From the NCBI RefSeq assembly GCF_009914755.1, contig NC_060931.1: a stretch of 64,000 nt of DNA; one strand, given 5' to 3'. Below are positions 28,914 through 43,614 of the stretch, one piece after another. The position numbers and the translations under genes were made by a program. The DNA comes from the human T2T-CHM13v2.0 reference genome, Homo sapiens. Within the stretch, counting starts at the first letter, position 1. Each line of letters begins with the position of its first letter. The notes beneath the pieces were generated by a model that saw nothing but the letters and a program-made list of their open reading frames with translations, made no database searches and was not told the origin of the DNA.

Positions 28914-29493
<580 letters not shown>

Positions 29494-30719
29494 GAACTGA
29501 CATAGGTTTCTCAGGGATACACAAAACAGGTTCTTACTCTCATAGAAAGAGCTGGCTCTTGAATCGCTTTAGGGAATGCAGTTCCCAGTAAACAGGCGCC
29601 TTCTATAAGGGAACCATAGAAACTTCAGGGAGGGCTCCCAGAGAGCTGCTGGGCTGGTGTTGGTGTCTCTGAACTTGAAAGAGTGGCCTCATTACACCCA
29701 GATTTCCAAGACACAGACCAACTATCTTGGGGGACAAGTTGGAAGGTTGATATGGCAAGTGTTAAAACAAACAAACAAACAAACCCTGCAAACTAGATTT
29801 AGTTGCTGCTTCAGGAAGGCACTGCCATTGCTGGGGTGACCTGAAGACCTGTTCACCAACAGGAGCAAGGAACCCCTGTCCCTTCCTCCATCCAGGCTTG
29901 TGGTCTCTCTCTCTCTGGTGCCCCCTACTGGCAGAGCCTAACAGGGTGTCTGCTGGCCAAGCAGAAAGGTGCTGTGCAGAGTCCTAGCCTCAGTGGAATA
30001 CAGGAGCGTGGGTCTGGAGTTGCGAGGTCACAACTTTATAAGTGGCACGTTCTGCTTATAGCGTCCCAAGACACAAGTTTCTTTCCTAGTAGAACCATAT
30101 ATTACCGATTACCGCTAGAATTGTATTTGAGCCATTTCTAGGTACCTTCTTTTGGGAGAACCATACCTAGCTTCTGCAGACTTAAAAATCCTGCCATCTC
30201 AAAAGCTGAGGTACATGTTTGACTATGTTTATCCTTTCCATTCCTAGCTATTAACAGAAAAAAAAATCTACTTTCACTTTCTTCTGAAAAGTCAAGAGCA
30301 TATCCACCAAATTCTCTAGCACATACCCAATATTTGAATTTTTCCATCACCACTGTATAAAATATATATTCAATTACCAATTCTATACATTACTTCTATA
30401 TTGTTTTTTTTTTCATCTGTTCAAAATGCATGATTAATTTTCTCCTTCTGGTCAGGTGGCCTATACCAAAGTTCCAGAGCAGGTCACTTACATTTTTCTC
30501 TGACTCACTTCTCCACAGTGTTTCTGTTTTGGGGTTACTCAAATGAATATCTTATTGACATATCATACCATTCAGTCTCCCCTTATTACAGCCTATCATT
30601 TGGGAATATGGCATGCTTCTCCATCACTGTATTTTAATCTGAAGCCCCTTCCCACCATGTCTCAAAAAATCACATTATGGTGTAACCTCAAGCTTGGTTC
30701 ACTTACAATGCACACTGAG

Positions 30720-30950
30720 ACAGTATGATATAGTGACCTCTGGACTAGATTGCCCATGTCCAAATCCCTGCTTTTCTACCTACCACCTGTACATGTCCTT
30801 GTGCAAGTCATTTAACTTCCATAAGCCTCATTTTTCTCCATCTGTGAAATGAAAGTAACAACAATACCTACCTTGTAAGGTTGTTCCCAAGATGAAAAGA
30901 GATATACAGTCACTAAGTGCTCAATCAATGACACCTATTATTAGTATAAT
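30720..30950 (+). mobile_element. MIR
   Basis: CCTTGTGCAAGTCATTTAACTTCCATAAGCCTCATTTTTCTCCATCTGTGAAATG core. Confidence 0.78.
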
Positions 30951-31343
30951 GGTTTTAAGGCTATTAGCATTATTTCCATCTCCTCTCTGTCTTCCAATAT
31001 TTTGGGGGTGCGATTCCCAGGCATCTCCCATACCCTTATTCATATTCTCATCTTACACTTGTTGTCTTCCATAGGAACCATGTTCATAGGTTTATCAAGG
31101 TGATTGTCCTTCTTTCTTCCTTTACTTAAAGTTTTTCAGTTGGATCACCCAGACTCTGGTCAAATATCCTTCCCTCGCCAAGAATACATCATTTATCCCA
31201 GTACCTAGAACCATGGCTTTGTCTCATAAATATCACTTCTCTTTACCATCTTTGTAATTGTACATTCAACCCACAGATTTTTCTTTCTCTTCAAAGTCTT
31301 TATTGTTGGTAGAAAAAAATGATCATATAAGCTTATCATCTAG

Positions 31344-31633
31344 GGCTGGGCGTGGTGGCTCACAACTGTAGTCCCAGCACTTCAGGAGGCCGAGGCAGTG
31401 AATCGCTTGAGCTCAGGAGTTTGGGACAAGCCTGGGCAACATGGCGAAACCCTATCTCTACCAAAAATACACAAAATTAGGCGGGTGTGGTGGTGTGCTC
31501 CTGTGGTCCCAGCTACTTGGGAGGCTGAGGTGGGATGATTGCTTGAGCCAGGGGACGGAGGTTGCAGTGAGCCGAGATCGTGCCACTGCACTCCAGCCTG
31601 GGTGACAGAGTGATACCTGTTTCAAAAAAAAAA
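31344..31633 (+). mobile_element. AluJ
   Basis: CGCTTGAGCTCAGGAG and GGGATGATTGCTTGAGCC J-type features; TSD-like AAGCTTATCATCTA/AAGTTTGTCATCTA. Confidence 0.93.
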
Positions 31634-32367
31634 GTTTGTCATCTATACTCTTGAGTCCTTTGATTCCTCACCCAAGGTATAGTTTCTTTTCAGAAATGTC
31701 ATTCATGCAATATTTTAGCTCAAGACATCCTGGGAGGAGATTTCCAGGAGAAAGTTAATATGGATCTTCAAGTGGCAGAAGAATCAGGAAGATGAGACCT
31801 CAGAGCTTAATGGAATAGCTTTCAAGAGCATGATGAATCATCTTGGGGGTGTGACTTGGACAGAATGCTTATTTCATATAGGCTAAGTAGAGAGTATTCA
31901 GCCTGTCAGAAAAGGAAGCTTTCGGCCTGATGCCAAAGAAATTTGCTAGTCAAAATAACCAGTCAAATAATTTCTAAATTAATTATTTTTCATTTTGTGT
32001 TTGCATTTGTACATCCAGTCTCAGATTCTCAAAGGAATAAGTTATGATTTTAGCACACAAAAGTTTAGCTTCTTCTCATCACTACCCTAAACCATCTAAA
32101 TTATAAAAGTGAAACTATATATTATACAGTGGTACCTTCATAAATCTATTTCCAAGTGCCAGAAAATAGGCATTATGAGTGGGGAATTTCATATGTGTCC
32201 ATGCATGTACAGAGTTCAGGCTCGGGGAGATAAATGTGTCAAGAATGCATAACCACAGCCGAGTAATTATGCAACTTCTATTTCTGCCAATAAATTTCGA
32301 GCCTGATTTATGTCAGATCAGAATATAAATCCAGTCTTAGCACCGATTATCAAAAATACACTTTTCA

Positions 32368-32692
32368 GGCTGGGCGCAGTGGCTCACACCTGTAATCCCA
32401 GCACTTTAGGAGGCCGAGGCGGGCAGATCACCGGAGGTAAGGAGTTCGAGACCAGCCTGGCCAACATGGTGAAACACCATCTCTACTAAAAAATACAAAA
32501 ATTAGCCAGGCGTGGTGGCATGGTGGCGGGCACCTATAATCCCAGCTACTCAGGAGGCTGAAGGAGGAGAAGCACTTGAACCTGGGAGGTGGAAGTTTCA
32601 GTGAGCCGAGACAGCACCACTGCACTCCAGCCTGGGCAACAGAACGAGACTCTGTATCGAAAAAAAAAAACAAAAAAAAACAAAAAAAAAAA
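32368..32692 (+). mobile_element. AluSx-like
   Basis: Canonical; TSD ACACTTTTCA; short internal duplication GGCGTGGTGGCATGGTGGCGGG. Confidence 0.95.
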
Positions 32693-33089
32693 CACTTTTC
32701 ACACTTTTCAGTGTTGAATGTATTATTTTCAGACAGAATATAATTAATGGAATGCTATATTGGGTCCATGCTGCAAAATCTGCTGGGCCTTGGGGTGGAG
32801 TGGGAGCCTGTCTAGAGAAAAAAGACAAGACTCAGCTCTGAAAAGAGAACTGAAATGAAGGATCCAGAAATTGTGATGACTTGATAAACCCTGGGCCTAA
32901 GCTCTCATATGAGCAAATAATGAGAGCAGCCACCTTAATTTCTATAGAAAAAAAATAGGTGTATCATCTCATCTGCTAAAAAAAATCAGATGAAATTGTT
33001 CTGAGGGAGTGAATTCCCAGGATTCTCTACGCTTTGTATGCCTCACCTCTGCCAGGTGCCACCAATCACCAACTCTAAATTTGTAAGGC

Positions 33090-33246
33090 CAGGGCAATGC
33101 ATCTGAGTCCTGGAGAATCACTTGGGGAGTTTTGAAAAATACTGACATCCGGCTCCACCTAGGAAATGTTAGTTTAATTAGACTGGGATGCAGCCTAGGC
33201 ATTACTAGTTTTCTTAAAGCACACCAGGTAAGAAGCACTGGTCTAG
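33090..33246. mobile_element. MER5-family hAT fragment
   Basis: AGAATCACTTGGGGAGTTTTGAAAAATACTGA...GGGATGCAGCCTAGGCAT...AGAAGCACTGGTCTAG. Confidence 0.65.
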
Positions 33247-34646
33247 GCCAACTGCCCTGAGGGTGGCTCCTGCCTTGCAAAGACTATGACTTCGCAAGGC
33301 AGAGATGCAGAGATGCAGAAATGCACACAGGACAACGGTGGGGCCTCTTCCCATTCTTGCTGCCCTTTCTCCTTCATGTTCTTTATTCTCCTGCCTTGTA
33401 GTGCTGGTCCTTGACTACAAATTGTCTTGTAGCTATTGTCTATAATTTAACGCTTCTGATACCCAGATGCCTGCTGATCCCTCCCTGGCCTGCTCTGACT
33501 CCAGAAATTTGTATTTCCTTCTGAGTATTTGCCCACTCTGTTGCAAACTCTGGCTTTGCAAGCTCCCCTAGCTGCATTGACTTGAAGCAGGCATCTGATT
33601 CAACCATCTCAGTTAGATTCTGACTTCCAGTCCCTTCTCTCTGGCAGGAGGCTGGGGACATCTCCACAGGCGGCCCCGACCATATTTGTTTAACACGTAA
33701 CTTCTGTGGGATGAGATGAAGTCCCAGCCCATCCATCTAGATAGCCATCTTCTTGTCATAGGATGAAACCAGCCTGGGTTTGAATCCTGGGTGAGGAAGT
33801 CACAACAGAGTGAGAGAGAGAAAGCCTAGGTGACTAGGGGGTAGGTTCCTGTGCTGGGGCCTGAGATGTGGAAAGGAGAGACTTTATAAAGAGAAGGGAG
33901 AAGAGAAAATGATGAGTAAGACCATCTTCTTTAGGTAAACCTAAGTGTGTATTATAAATGTTAGCATTGGCCACTGTCGCTTATAAATTGCTGCTGTCAT
34001 TTAAAAAATTCTGTATCATGTCTTCTTCATGACTTTTTAATACCACCCTTGTCTCAAGGTACAAGCACAGAAGTGTGAGTTGAAAAGAAAATGTCTATAA
34101 AATAATACATATGCTCTAATTTTCAACCAAATATGAAAGGTAAACCTAAAACCCACTGCTGATATCCATGTATAATCCCTTTTGGCTCCCAGAGGTACCT
34201 CTGTTAACAGATGTGTAGTCCCGGAAGGACTGTTTGACATACAAGAAAATACATGTATGATATTGCTTCATGTGTGTTTTATATAACTGGAATAATACCA
34301 CATATATCATTAGGAAAATTACTTTTTTTCACTCAACAGTCTATAATGGAGATCTTTCATTTCACCACATATAGAGTTCATTCTACTCAACTACTAAACT
34401 AAACTCTAACTATGGACAAATAAGCTGTTTCCAATGTATACAATTACAAACAATTGTATAAATACAATGTATAGCTTATATGTGTGTGTGAAGGTTTCTT
34501 TAGAGACGATCAGGAAAAGTAAAATTGTTAGACAATAGGGTAGATGAATTTTTATTTTAAATAGGTATTGTCAAATTTATACCTCACCTAGTAAGGCAAG
34601 AGAATACCATTTTACATTACTCTACTCAACACTACTATATATTTTA

Positions 34647-35002
<356 letters not shown>

Positions 35003-35693
35003 TAAGTATTTTTTTTCATTACTGGCGTGGTGAAAATATGCTTCATTATTGTTTCAATTTGCTTTTCATTGATTACAAGTAAGATTGAACATTTTTGTGT
35101 ATGCCTACTATTATTTGGTTTTACTCCTCTATGAATCCACTTCCCATATTCTTTGCCCATTTTTCTATTGGGTGGCTTATCTTTCTGCTTATTGATATAG
35201 GAGTGATTTATAGATTATGGATTTCCTTCAGGGCACAATTCACATTGTAGTCTACTTGAATGGCTCCCCCCGGTGGTGTACAGTACACAGCCTGCACAGC
35301 CATAACTGGCAGTCAGCTTTTGTTTGTGATAAATATGTAAATATTTTATCCTTACTCTGTCTCTTGTCTTTACATTTTACTTGTGTTATTTTTCACAGTG
35401 TAGAAGTTGTTTTTCTAGTCATATTTATCATTCTTTTCCTTTGTGTTGTTTGCCTTCTGAGTCTTGTTTAAGATAATCTTTCCTACCCAAAGTAAAACAT
35501 TTTCCTGTATTTCCTCTGATTCTTTTATAGTTTTACTTTTTATGCTCATATATTTAATCTATCTGGAAATGACTGGTGGATGATGTGAGATAGGGATCTA
35601 AACATTATCTTTGTCCAAATGGATAACCAATAATACCAACAAATTATTGAATAGACATCCAAAAGACATCCCTTACCTAAAATACTACCTCTA

Positions 35694-35990
35694 CCACCAT
35701 GCCCAGCTAATTTGTGTATTTTTAGTAAAGACAGGGTTTCACTATGTTGGCCAGACTCGTCTTGAACTCCTGACCTCAGGTGATCCACCCGCCACGGCCT
35801 CCCAAAGTGCTGGGATTACAGGTGAGAGGCAGAAGAATTGCTTGAACCTGGGAGGCGGAGGTTTCAGTGAGCCGAAATCGCACCATTGCACTCCAGCCTG
35901 GGGGACGAGAGTGAGACTTTGTCTCAAAAAAAAAAAAAAAAAAAAAAATTAAAAATTAAAAAAAAACTAAAACTAAAAAATTCAAAAATT
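35694..35990 (+). mobile_element. 5'-inverted Alu (antisense 5' half, sense 3' part, A-rich tail)
   Basis: Antisense 35694-~35826 and sense ~35825-35925; one TSD AAATACTA(C/T)CTCTA at 35680-35693 and 35991-36004. Confidence 0.9.
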
Positions 35991-37256
35991 AAATACTATC
36001 TCTATCATATGGCATTTTTTCCTATATTCGTAGGTCCATTTTGAGGCTCTGAATTCTGTTCTTATGATTAAAATTATATTTGGAGAAATTATTCATTTAG
36101 CTACAGTAGTCATGGGTTATCATGATCTATTAGTGAGAGTTTGGGTTTAAATAAAAATCTACTCTATATTAAGTTTAATTCATAGTATATAACTTGATGT
36201 TATAATAAACTATGTATTATAAATTATATGGAGTTCTCACTTCTGACAGGAGGCTCAGTCTAAATAACCCTTTTGTTATCTTTTAAAGCTCCCACATTGA
36301 GGACCTGCATGATTCTTAGATCAGATCTTGGTGTCCAGTGAAGCAGCCAACTTGATTTTATTTCTTCCTGAATATTATTATGACTTGAAACTCATAACTT
36401 GATTCATAGTGTATTAATAAAATTAATTCATATATCTTTTAAGTAAACTGATAATTTAGAACAAGAGTTCAAAAATATAAATATGAGCTTTTCCATGGGC
36501 CCGTAGGAACCTTAAATGCCATCCAATAGCACAGTTTGACAAATAGTAGTCAGTGAATAAATATATGCAGAATGACTGAAAGTAGCGCTATGCGTAACTT
36601 GAAAACCACCACTTACGCTCATTTTTCTAGGCACTTTACTGATTTGCTTCATTCAGAGTAGCTGTTTTGCTCTTGCTGTTTTAAGGCATATGGTATTAGA
36701 ACTTGGCATGAATTGCTTTCTTTGCCAGAAAATTTTGAGTCAATTTAGTTTTTTTCTTGGGCTTTTTTTTTTTAAGCCTGAGGCACTTAGTTGTTTAGTT
36801 ATTGGCTATCAAATAAACCCCTGAAGCATAAACATTATTCTCCATATTGGCTTTCCATATGGTGCAACTGAATGAAAACTGCACTTACTTTACTCTCCCT
36901 TCTCTCTGGAGAGCACAGCCTACGTAGACTAGAATGTGAATGACGACCCCTGGAGTTGTGCAGTGCACAGTACTGTTCTCCTTCCACCTCCCACTTCCAT
37001 TCTCTATGTTTCTCTATCCAAAAAGATCCTCCTGGCTCTGCCTATAGATAGATCCTACTATCTATCCTGTATGTTCGCTTGTTGATGCTTACAATTTGCA
37101 GGTCTGTGTTCCTTGAAGACCTCATTCCACAGACTGCAAACGTTACTCATGTAATTAGCCTGGAGACTTCTAGCAGTTTCCAGGCCTGAGTTCTTATCAG
37201 GGTTTGTCTTACAAGAGTTCAAATGGTCTCCTGTATGACTATTTTAAAAATATGCA

Positions 37257-37577
<321 letters not shown>

Positions 37578-38157
37578 TCAGAATGGCTCTACAGGAGGAT
37601 GGCTTGCTTATCCACACAGGTATTATTGATTCTGCACAGGCATCTATTTGATGACAATGCAAGGCTCGTACCTTGAGTCAAACTTGTAACCAGCTGAGCA
37701 CAGGGACTCTGTTCAGTATAGCAAACACAGTTTACGTGGGCCCACCCAGAAACTTTCTACAAGTACATTCCACATGCTGAGTGTGCGGGTGATGCTAGCT
37801 GATTCAGACTGTTGTGTGCAACTCTATGCTTCTTTCCTAAAGCCTGTGTGAGATGATGCAAAGCTAAAGTCAAAACTCCAAGACTTATGGATTGTTAGAA
37901 CTGAAAACACTTTAGGGACTTTCTTGTTGAACCATCTCATTTTAGAACTGGGATGACTGCCTGTTGACTCTAGTATATTTCATTTATAAATATATAGGCA
38001 CACACATTTATAACATATATAATCAACCATATTAATCATATTACTAGCAAATGAATGAAAAATTCATGTACATTTAAACTTTAAGTGAACTGGTCATTTG
38101 GGATATAAGCATGTGAAGTTAGCTCTCCTTTCTTTTAAATATCTGCAGCTCCCATTG

Positions 38158-38159
<2 letters not shown>

Positions 38160-38205
<46 letters not shown>
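38160..38205. repeat. (TG)n microsatellite
   Basis: Direct reading. Confidence 0.98.
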
Positions 38206-38207
<2 letters not shown>

Positions 38208-38864
38208 CCAAGAACACAGCAGTGGAGAAGTTACTAATTGCCACCCATTAGACAGATGGGAATGGTTAAAATGTGGAACAGTTTCCAGCTCCCTGTGGAA
38301 TTCTGGCTGGCTGTTTCTTTACTCCAAAGTCTGTTTTACTTTGTGAAACAGTTTTATTTTTTAAGTAACATTTACTTATTATTCCTCAAAGGGATGCTGG
38401 GAAGGAGACTCCCCTTATTGCTATTCTCATAGTAACATGTGAGACAACTGCATGTACACAGGGCTTGACAGTCTCTTCCTGGGAACATACACTGAGAATA
38501 GCTCAGAGGATCTAGGCAGACACCTGTCACTCAGCTCAGCACCCACATCTGTACCCTTCCTTCCCAGCCCTAGGCCCCTTTATGCTGATGGAAATCCTGG
38601 CACATGGCAATTCTCCAAATCAAGGTTGTTTAAAAATTCCTACAGGCCAATTATTAGGCATTTATTCCCCTGTGGCTATTTCTAAAGGTAAAAATAACAC
38701 CTTGGAGAGTCTGTGGATCTTTCTAGTTAGTGTACTGTGACCCCATATAGACTTCAGCCCCAAAATGCATGACCATCACGTTTATAAAGAGCTACTCAGA
38801 ACAAGTTAAACCTACAGGCAATGCCCTCTAGCAAACTAGAGTCTAGAATATACTAGTAAGAGAC

Positions 38865-40060
38865 CAATCATTCCACAAATATTTACTGAGGCTCTCTTCT
38901 GGGCACTGCAGAGTTCATGAGAAAAAAATAGATCTGTCTCTGTCTTCAAAAGTCTAAGTGCAAGGTAGAGACTGAAAAGTCACAAGGTGATTGCAATAGG
39001 GGAGAATGAGCACAATTACATTGGAAGTTCACTGCGTGGGGGCTAGGAGGGCTCTTAACTCAGACTTGGGCAGTCATAAAGGTTACCTAGAAGGCCAGAG
39101 GGGAGCTAGCTGGACACAGATACGGAGGAACAGTGCTCAAGGCAGAGAGAACAGCATGTGTGAAAACCTGAGGACAAGAGGCAGCAAGGCACATTCAGGA
39201 CAATGAAAAACAGTTTAATCTGGCTAGAGTGGAGAGTGAATGTGCGCATGTGTGTGCAGGGGTGAAGGCAGATTCGCGAGGGATGTCCAAGATGCCCCTG
39301 GACAGAGGGCTAGGAGCTAAATTATTAAGGGCTGGCCTTTTAAGTTATTTGTAGATGACTAACCTTTATCCATGAACCATTCATCCTACCATGTGCCAAG
39401 AACTAGTGCTGGGGATAAAGCAACAAATAAAACAGACAAAGAATGAGCCCTCAAGGAGCTTCCATTCTCATGAAGGGCGGAGGAAAGTCAATGAACAAGT
39501 AATCAAATTGAATATACAGTATGTCAAGCGGCAATAAATGCCAAGAAGAAAAATAACTCAAGGTGGGCGATAAGCAATGTGGCAGGATGGTTCTCATTCT
39601 CATTCTCTTTTCACATAGGGTCAATGAGGTCTCCTTGATGTGGTGGCATTCAGCAGAGATCTAAGGAAGTGCAGGAAGAAATTATGAAGATATGTGCAGG
39701 GGAAAGTTTGGGCAGAGGAAAGAAGATGGAGGGCTGGATCGCCAGGTGCTCAGTGTGTTGCAGGAACAACCAGAGGCTACTCTGGCTAGAGCAAAGGGAG
39801 AGAGCACAGGAGCAGTAGGAGATGAAGTCTGAGAGATAGAAGGGCAAGATTACAGAGGGACTTATAGGATTGTACCCTGAGTGTGGTAGGAAATCAAATG
39901 TGAGTTTTCAATAGGGAGGTAGCATAACCCCGCTTGCACAGTTCTAGCTGCAGAAGAATGGATTGAGGGTGGGGTTTGGGGATGGAGAGGCAGAGCAGGC
40001 AGGGAGACCTGCTTATTGCATAAAATCACATAAGCAATGATGACAACCTAAGCAAAGTAA
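38865..40060 (-). mobile_element. L2 fragments
   Basis: CATTCCACAAATATTTACTGAG; GTGCTGGGGATAAAGCAACAAATAAAACAGACAAAG...GCCCTCAAGGAGCTTCCATTCT. Confidence 0.7.
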
Positions 40061-40497
40061 TAGTATTGGAATATGTGACAAATTAGAGGCAGAAGAGAGA
40101 CAGAAAATTGAAGGATGCTAAGAGGACCCTGTCCCTTGATTCCAAAATATTTTATATCATAACTTGCACACTGACTGAAGTTTTTCCTATTACAGTATCT
40201 CTCTTGAGTTTAAAGAATTGAAAGATTTTATTTGGGCAAATGGTGTTTTTGTTTTTGGTCTGAAAAACATAGAATTTAGAGAGAAAAATAAAAGGATGAT
40301 ATATAAAACAGTGCATTTACATAAATTAAAGATGTATGCATATGAAGCAATACTTACAACTTTGGAAGAAGACATGCAATATAGAAAATACACAGGAAAT
40401 AGAATAGGATGGTCGCCTACAGTGGGGAGAAGATAAGAGGATGTTATAAAAATAATAAAACAAAACGAAACAAAAGAACAAAGTTCCAGAATGCAAA

Positions 40498-40573
40498 TTT
40501 TTTTTCTTCTTTCTTCCTTTTTTAACTTTTGTTTTAGGTTTAGAGGTATATGTGCGGAATTATTATGTAGGTA
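40498..40573 (-). mobile_element. Extremely 5'-truncated L1PA/PB 3' end
   Basis: T-rich tail then AACTTTTGTTTTAGGTTTAGAGGTATATGTGCGGAATTATTATGTAGGTA, resembling an L1P 3' terminus. Confidence 0.65.
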
Positions 40574-41174
40574 CCCTGTCTTTTCAGACAGATCAAAACA
40601 GTAAACGTTGTTGAGCACTAGCAACTCAGTACTGCTTCGTTAGTTGTTCTAGTTTAGAGGAGGCCTCTTAGAGAACAGGTCTGGGGATAGTCAGGCTTAA
40701 CAGCGAACGGTGAAAAGGAGAAATGCTAGACAAATGATGCCAAGAAAGGTGGGTATCATGTGACCAGTCAGAGATAAATCATTAGGACATAAGAAGTGAG
40801 AAAAACAGAATTCTGAAAACAAATTTTACCTTCTCCACAGTTTCATCTAAAATTGGCTCTGCGTGAAGTTTTATTTTTACTTCTCCCTAACCCCAACCCC
40901 CTGCTCCAACCCAGTTTTCCAAATGATATCCTGTTCTGACATTTAAGAAAAAAACTTTAGTGTTTTCCTCTCTGCGCGCAGTGGAATTTCACCAATTTCT
41001 TTGGAATGACAAGTATCAGAAAAAGTTCTGCGGCTGCTGCTGAAACCACTGCTCCATAATCTACTGAGATTCAAGGTCTCGTAGAAGGAAAATTTGCAGT
41101 CGATTAATTTAAAGTTAAAAAAAATAAAACTGGCAGTCAAGGAGGTTACTTGAGTTTTATCTCAGTTTTGTGCT

Positions 41175-41335
41175 GATAACATAGCTAACTACTTCTTAGT
41201 TTACAAAGCATGTTCACATTTCTTAATCTCTTTGATCTTCATATCAACTCTTGTGAGGCAGCTACTTTACAAGTGAGAAAACTAAAACTCAGAGAGATTA
41301 AGTGACTTTCTCAAGTTGCTTAACTTGTAATCTGC
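41175..41335 (-). mobile_element. MIR
   Basis: TTTACAAGTGAGAAAACTAAAACTCAGAGAGATTAAGTGACTTTCTCAAG core. Confidence 0.72.
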
Positions 41336-42123
41336 ACTCTTTCTGTGTTAGAACTCTTCCTGTGTCCTGAGGTCAGGTTCTAAACTTGTCTTTGCTTCTT
41401 GTAAGTGAACATTATAACATTTGCCAATTAACTTCATGGGGATATAGAAAAGAAAAGTGATGATAGTATGGGTGGCACAACCCGTTGGATGAAAAATGCC
41501 AATAGACATTTACCATTATTTGTATTATTATTATTATTTTTGAAATATTTGCAATCAGGTCTTTGCAGCTTATAAACCATCTTAAAAGGGTAGTATTTAG
41601 CAGGAACGGACCTGGGAACCCCCAGTTTGGCTCCCTACCATCAGGCAACCTTCTCTGTGAGTTTCCCAAGGGAAGAAATATGTACAGAGGCCAGTACTGG
41701 ACGAAAGAGCACTTTTCCTATTGGCTGGAGCCTTGGCCTCCAAATGCAGGGTATCTTCCAACTGATCTTAGTTGGACTACAGTTGAATCTTCGGTTGAAT
41801 CTTGGACCTTATTACTGCATTGAGGAAGAAGGCTGGTCCAAAGCCCACCAGCCAGCAAAATGAAGAGGAAGCAGAAAATAGAAATGGCCAGGTTCTCTTC
41901 TAAGTGAGTGTAGTCCCAGCTCTCCTTGCCACTCCAGCCTGGTAAAGGGAGCATCTGGCCCTAAATAGATATATTCTATGGCTCTAGGCTCTAGTGCCTA
42001 GATAATGTAGAATGGTCTCTTTGAACTTGGGCAGTCTCGAGCATGGGTTTTCTCCATGGGAGGCGAGGAGTGTTAGAGTTCTGGATTGGGAGAGTTGCTA
42101 AAAGCCCTCCTAGCTAAGGGTTC

Positions 42124-42529
42124 TGTATTAGTCCATTCTCACATTACTATAAAGAAATACCAGAGACTAGGTAATTTATAAAGAAAAGAGGTTTAATTGG
42201 CTCACGGTTTCACTGGCTGTACAGGAAGCATGATGCTGACATCTGCATGGCTTCTGGGGAGGTTTCAGGAAACTTACAATCCTGGTGGAAGGCAAAGGGG
42301 AAGCAACCCCATCTTACATGGCTGGAGGAGGAGGGAGACAGACAGCAGGGAGATGCCACACACTTTTAAACAAACAGATCTCGAGAGCACTCACTCACTA
42401 TCACGAGAACAGCACCAAGGGGGACATCCACACCCATGATCCAATCACCTCCCACCAGGCCCCACCTCCAACATTGGGGATTACAACTGGACATGAGATT
42501 TGAGCCAGGACACAGATCCAAATTATATA
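42124..42529 (-). mobile_element. MSTA/MSTB MaLR solo LTR
   Basis: TGTATTAGTCCATTCTCACATTACTATAAAGAAATACC...GGACACAGATCCAAATTATATA; flanked by GGTTC-like TSD. Confidence 0.9.
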
Positions 42530-42668
42530 GGGTTCTGAAAGTAAGAAGAATCCCACAATTTGGAAATGAGATCAGGAAGTTAAAATGCTCTAAAATTCAT
42601 TCATCCCATAACATTTTGTGTGATATTATACCAGATGCTGGGATACAGAAATGAGTACTTGCTCAATT

Positions 42669-42800
42669 AGATCTAGATCTAGATCTAGGACCATATCTCT
42701 ATCTATCTATACCTCTATCTACCTATTATCTATTTATCTATCTAATCTAACTATTTATCTGTCTGTCTATCTAATCGATCTCTCAGTCTATCTATCTAGA
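42669..42800. repeat. (TAGATC)3 plus degenerate (TCTA)n
   Basis: Direct reading. Confidence 0.85.
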
Positions 42801-43305
42801 GTCACATATTGTAAATAGTCTACTTAAATAAAAACTTCCCAGAAATTAACTATTCAACAAAGTGATTTTGAGATTTAGAGATAGTCTTTCTAAGGAGATA
42901 GATTCCTATAAAACACCAGGAAATATTCAACTAAGCATAATACATAAACATGAGTTCCATTACTTGAAAGAAGGCAGTGTAAATGGCAGGCAAAGAGAAG
43001 GCAAGTGTTTTGGAGTTTGAGCAAAAAGAACATATGAGTAATCCTCTGGTATTATTTTAGGGAGAAGAAGTTCTTCAAGCAATGGGGCTTAGTTTTTCAG
43101 ACAGAAATATCCCTAAAGAGGGGCAATTTATCAGCCACCACAGATTGCTGGAGCCATCTCTCCAGACTGGCCAGCCTCTTGGGTTCTCGGTCAGAACTTT
43201 CCCTAACACCTCTTTCTCTGTGTCCTGAGAGGGGCTGTCCACTGGAGAGAAGACTTGTTATAAATGGCCACCTGAGTTTTCCCTCTCAGAATATATTTCC
43301 CACTA

Positions 43306-43614
<309 letters not shown>

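Noticed and set aside
29580-30050. Possible ancient LTR remnant
   Set aside because: Looks LTR-like, but I cannot define termini or family from the sequence alone.
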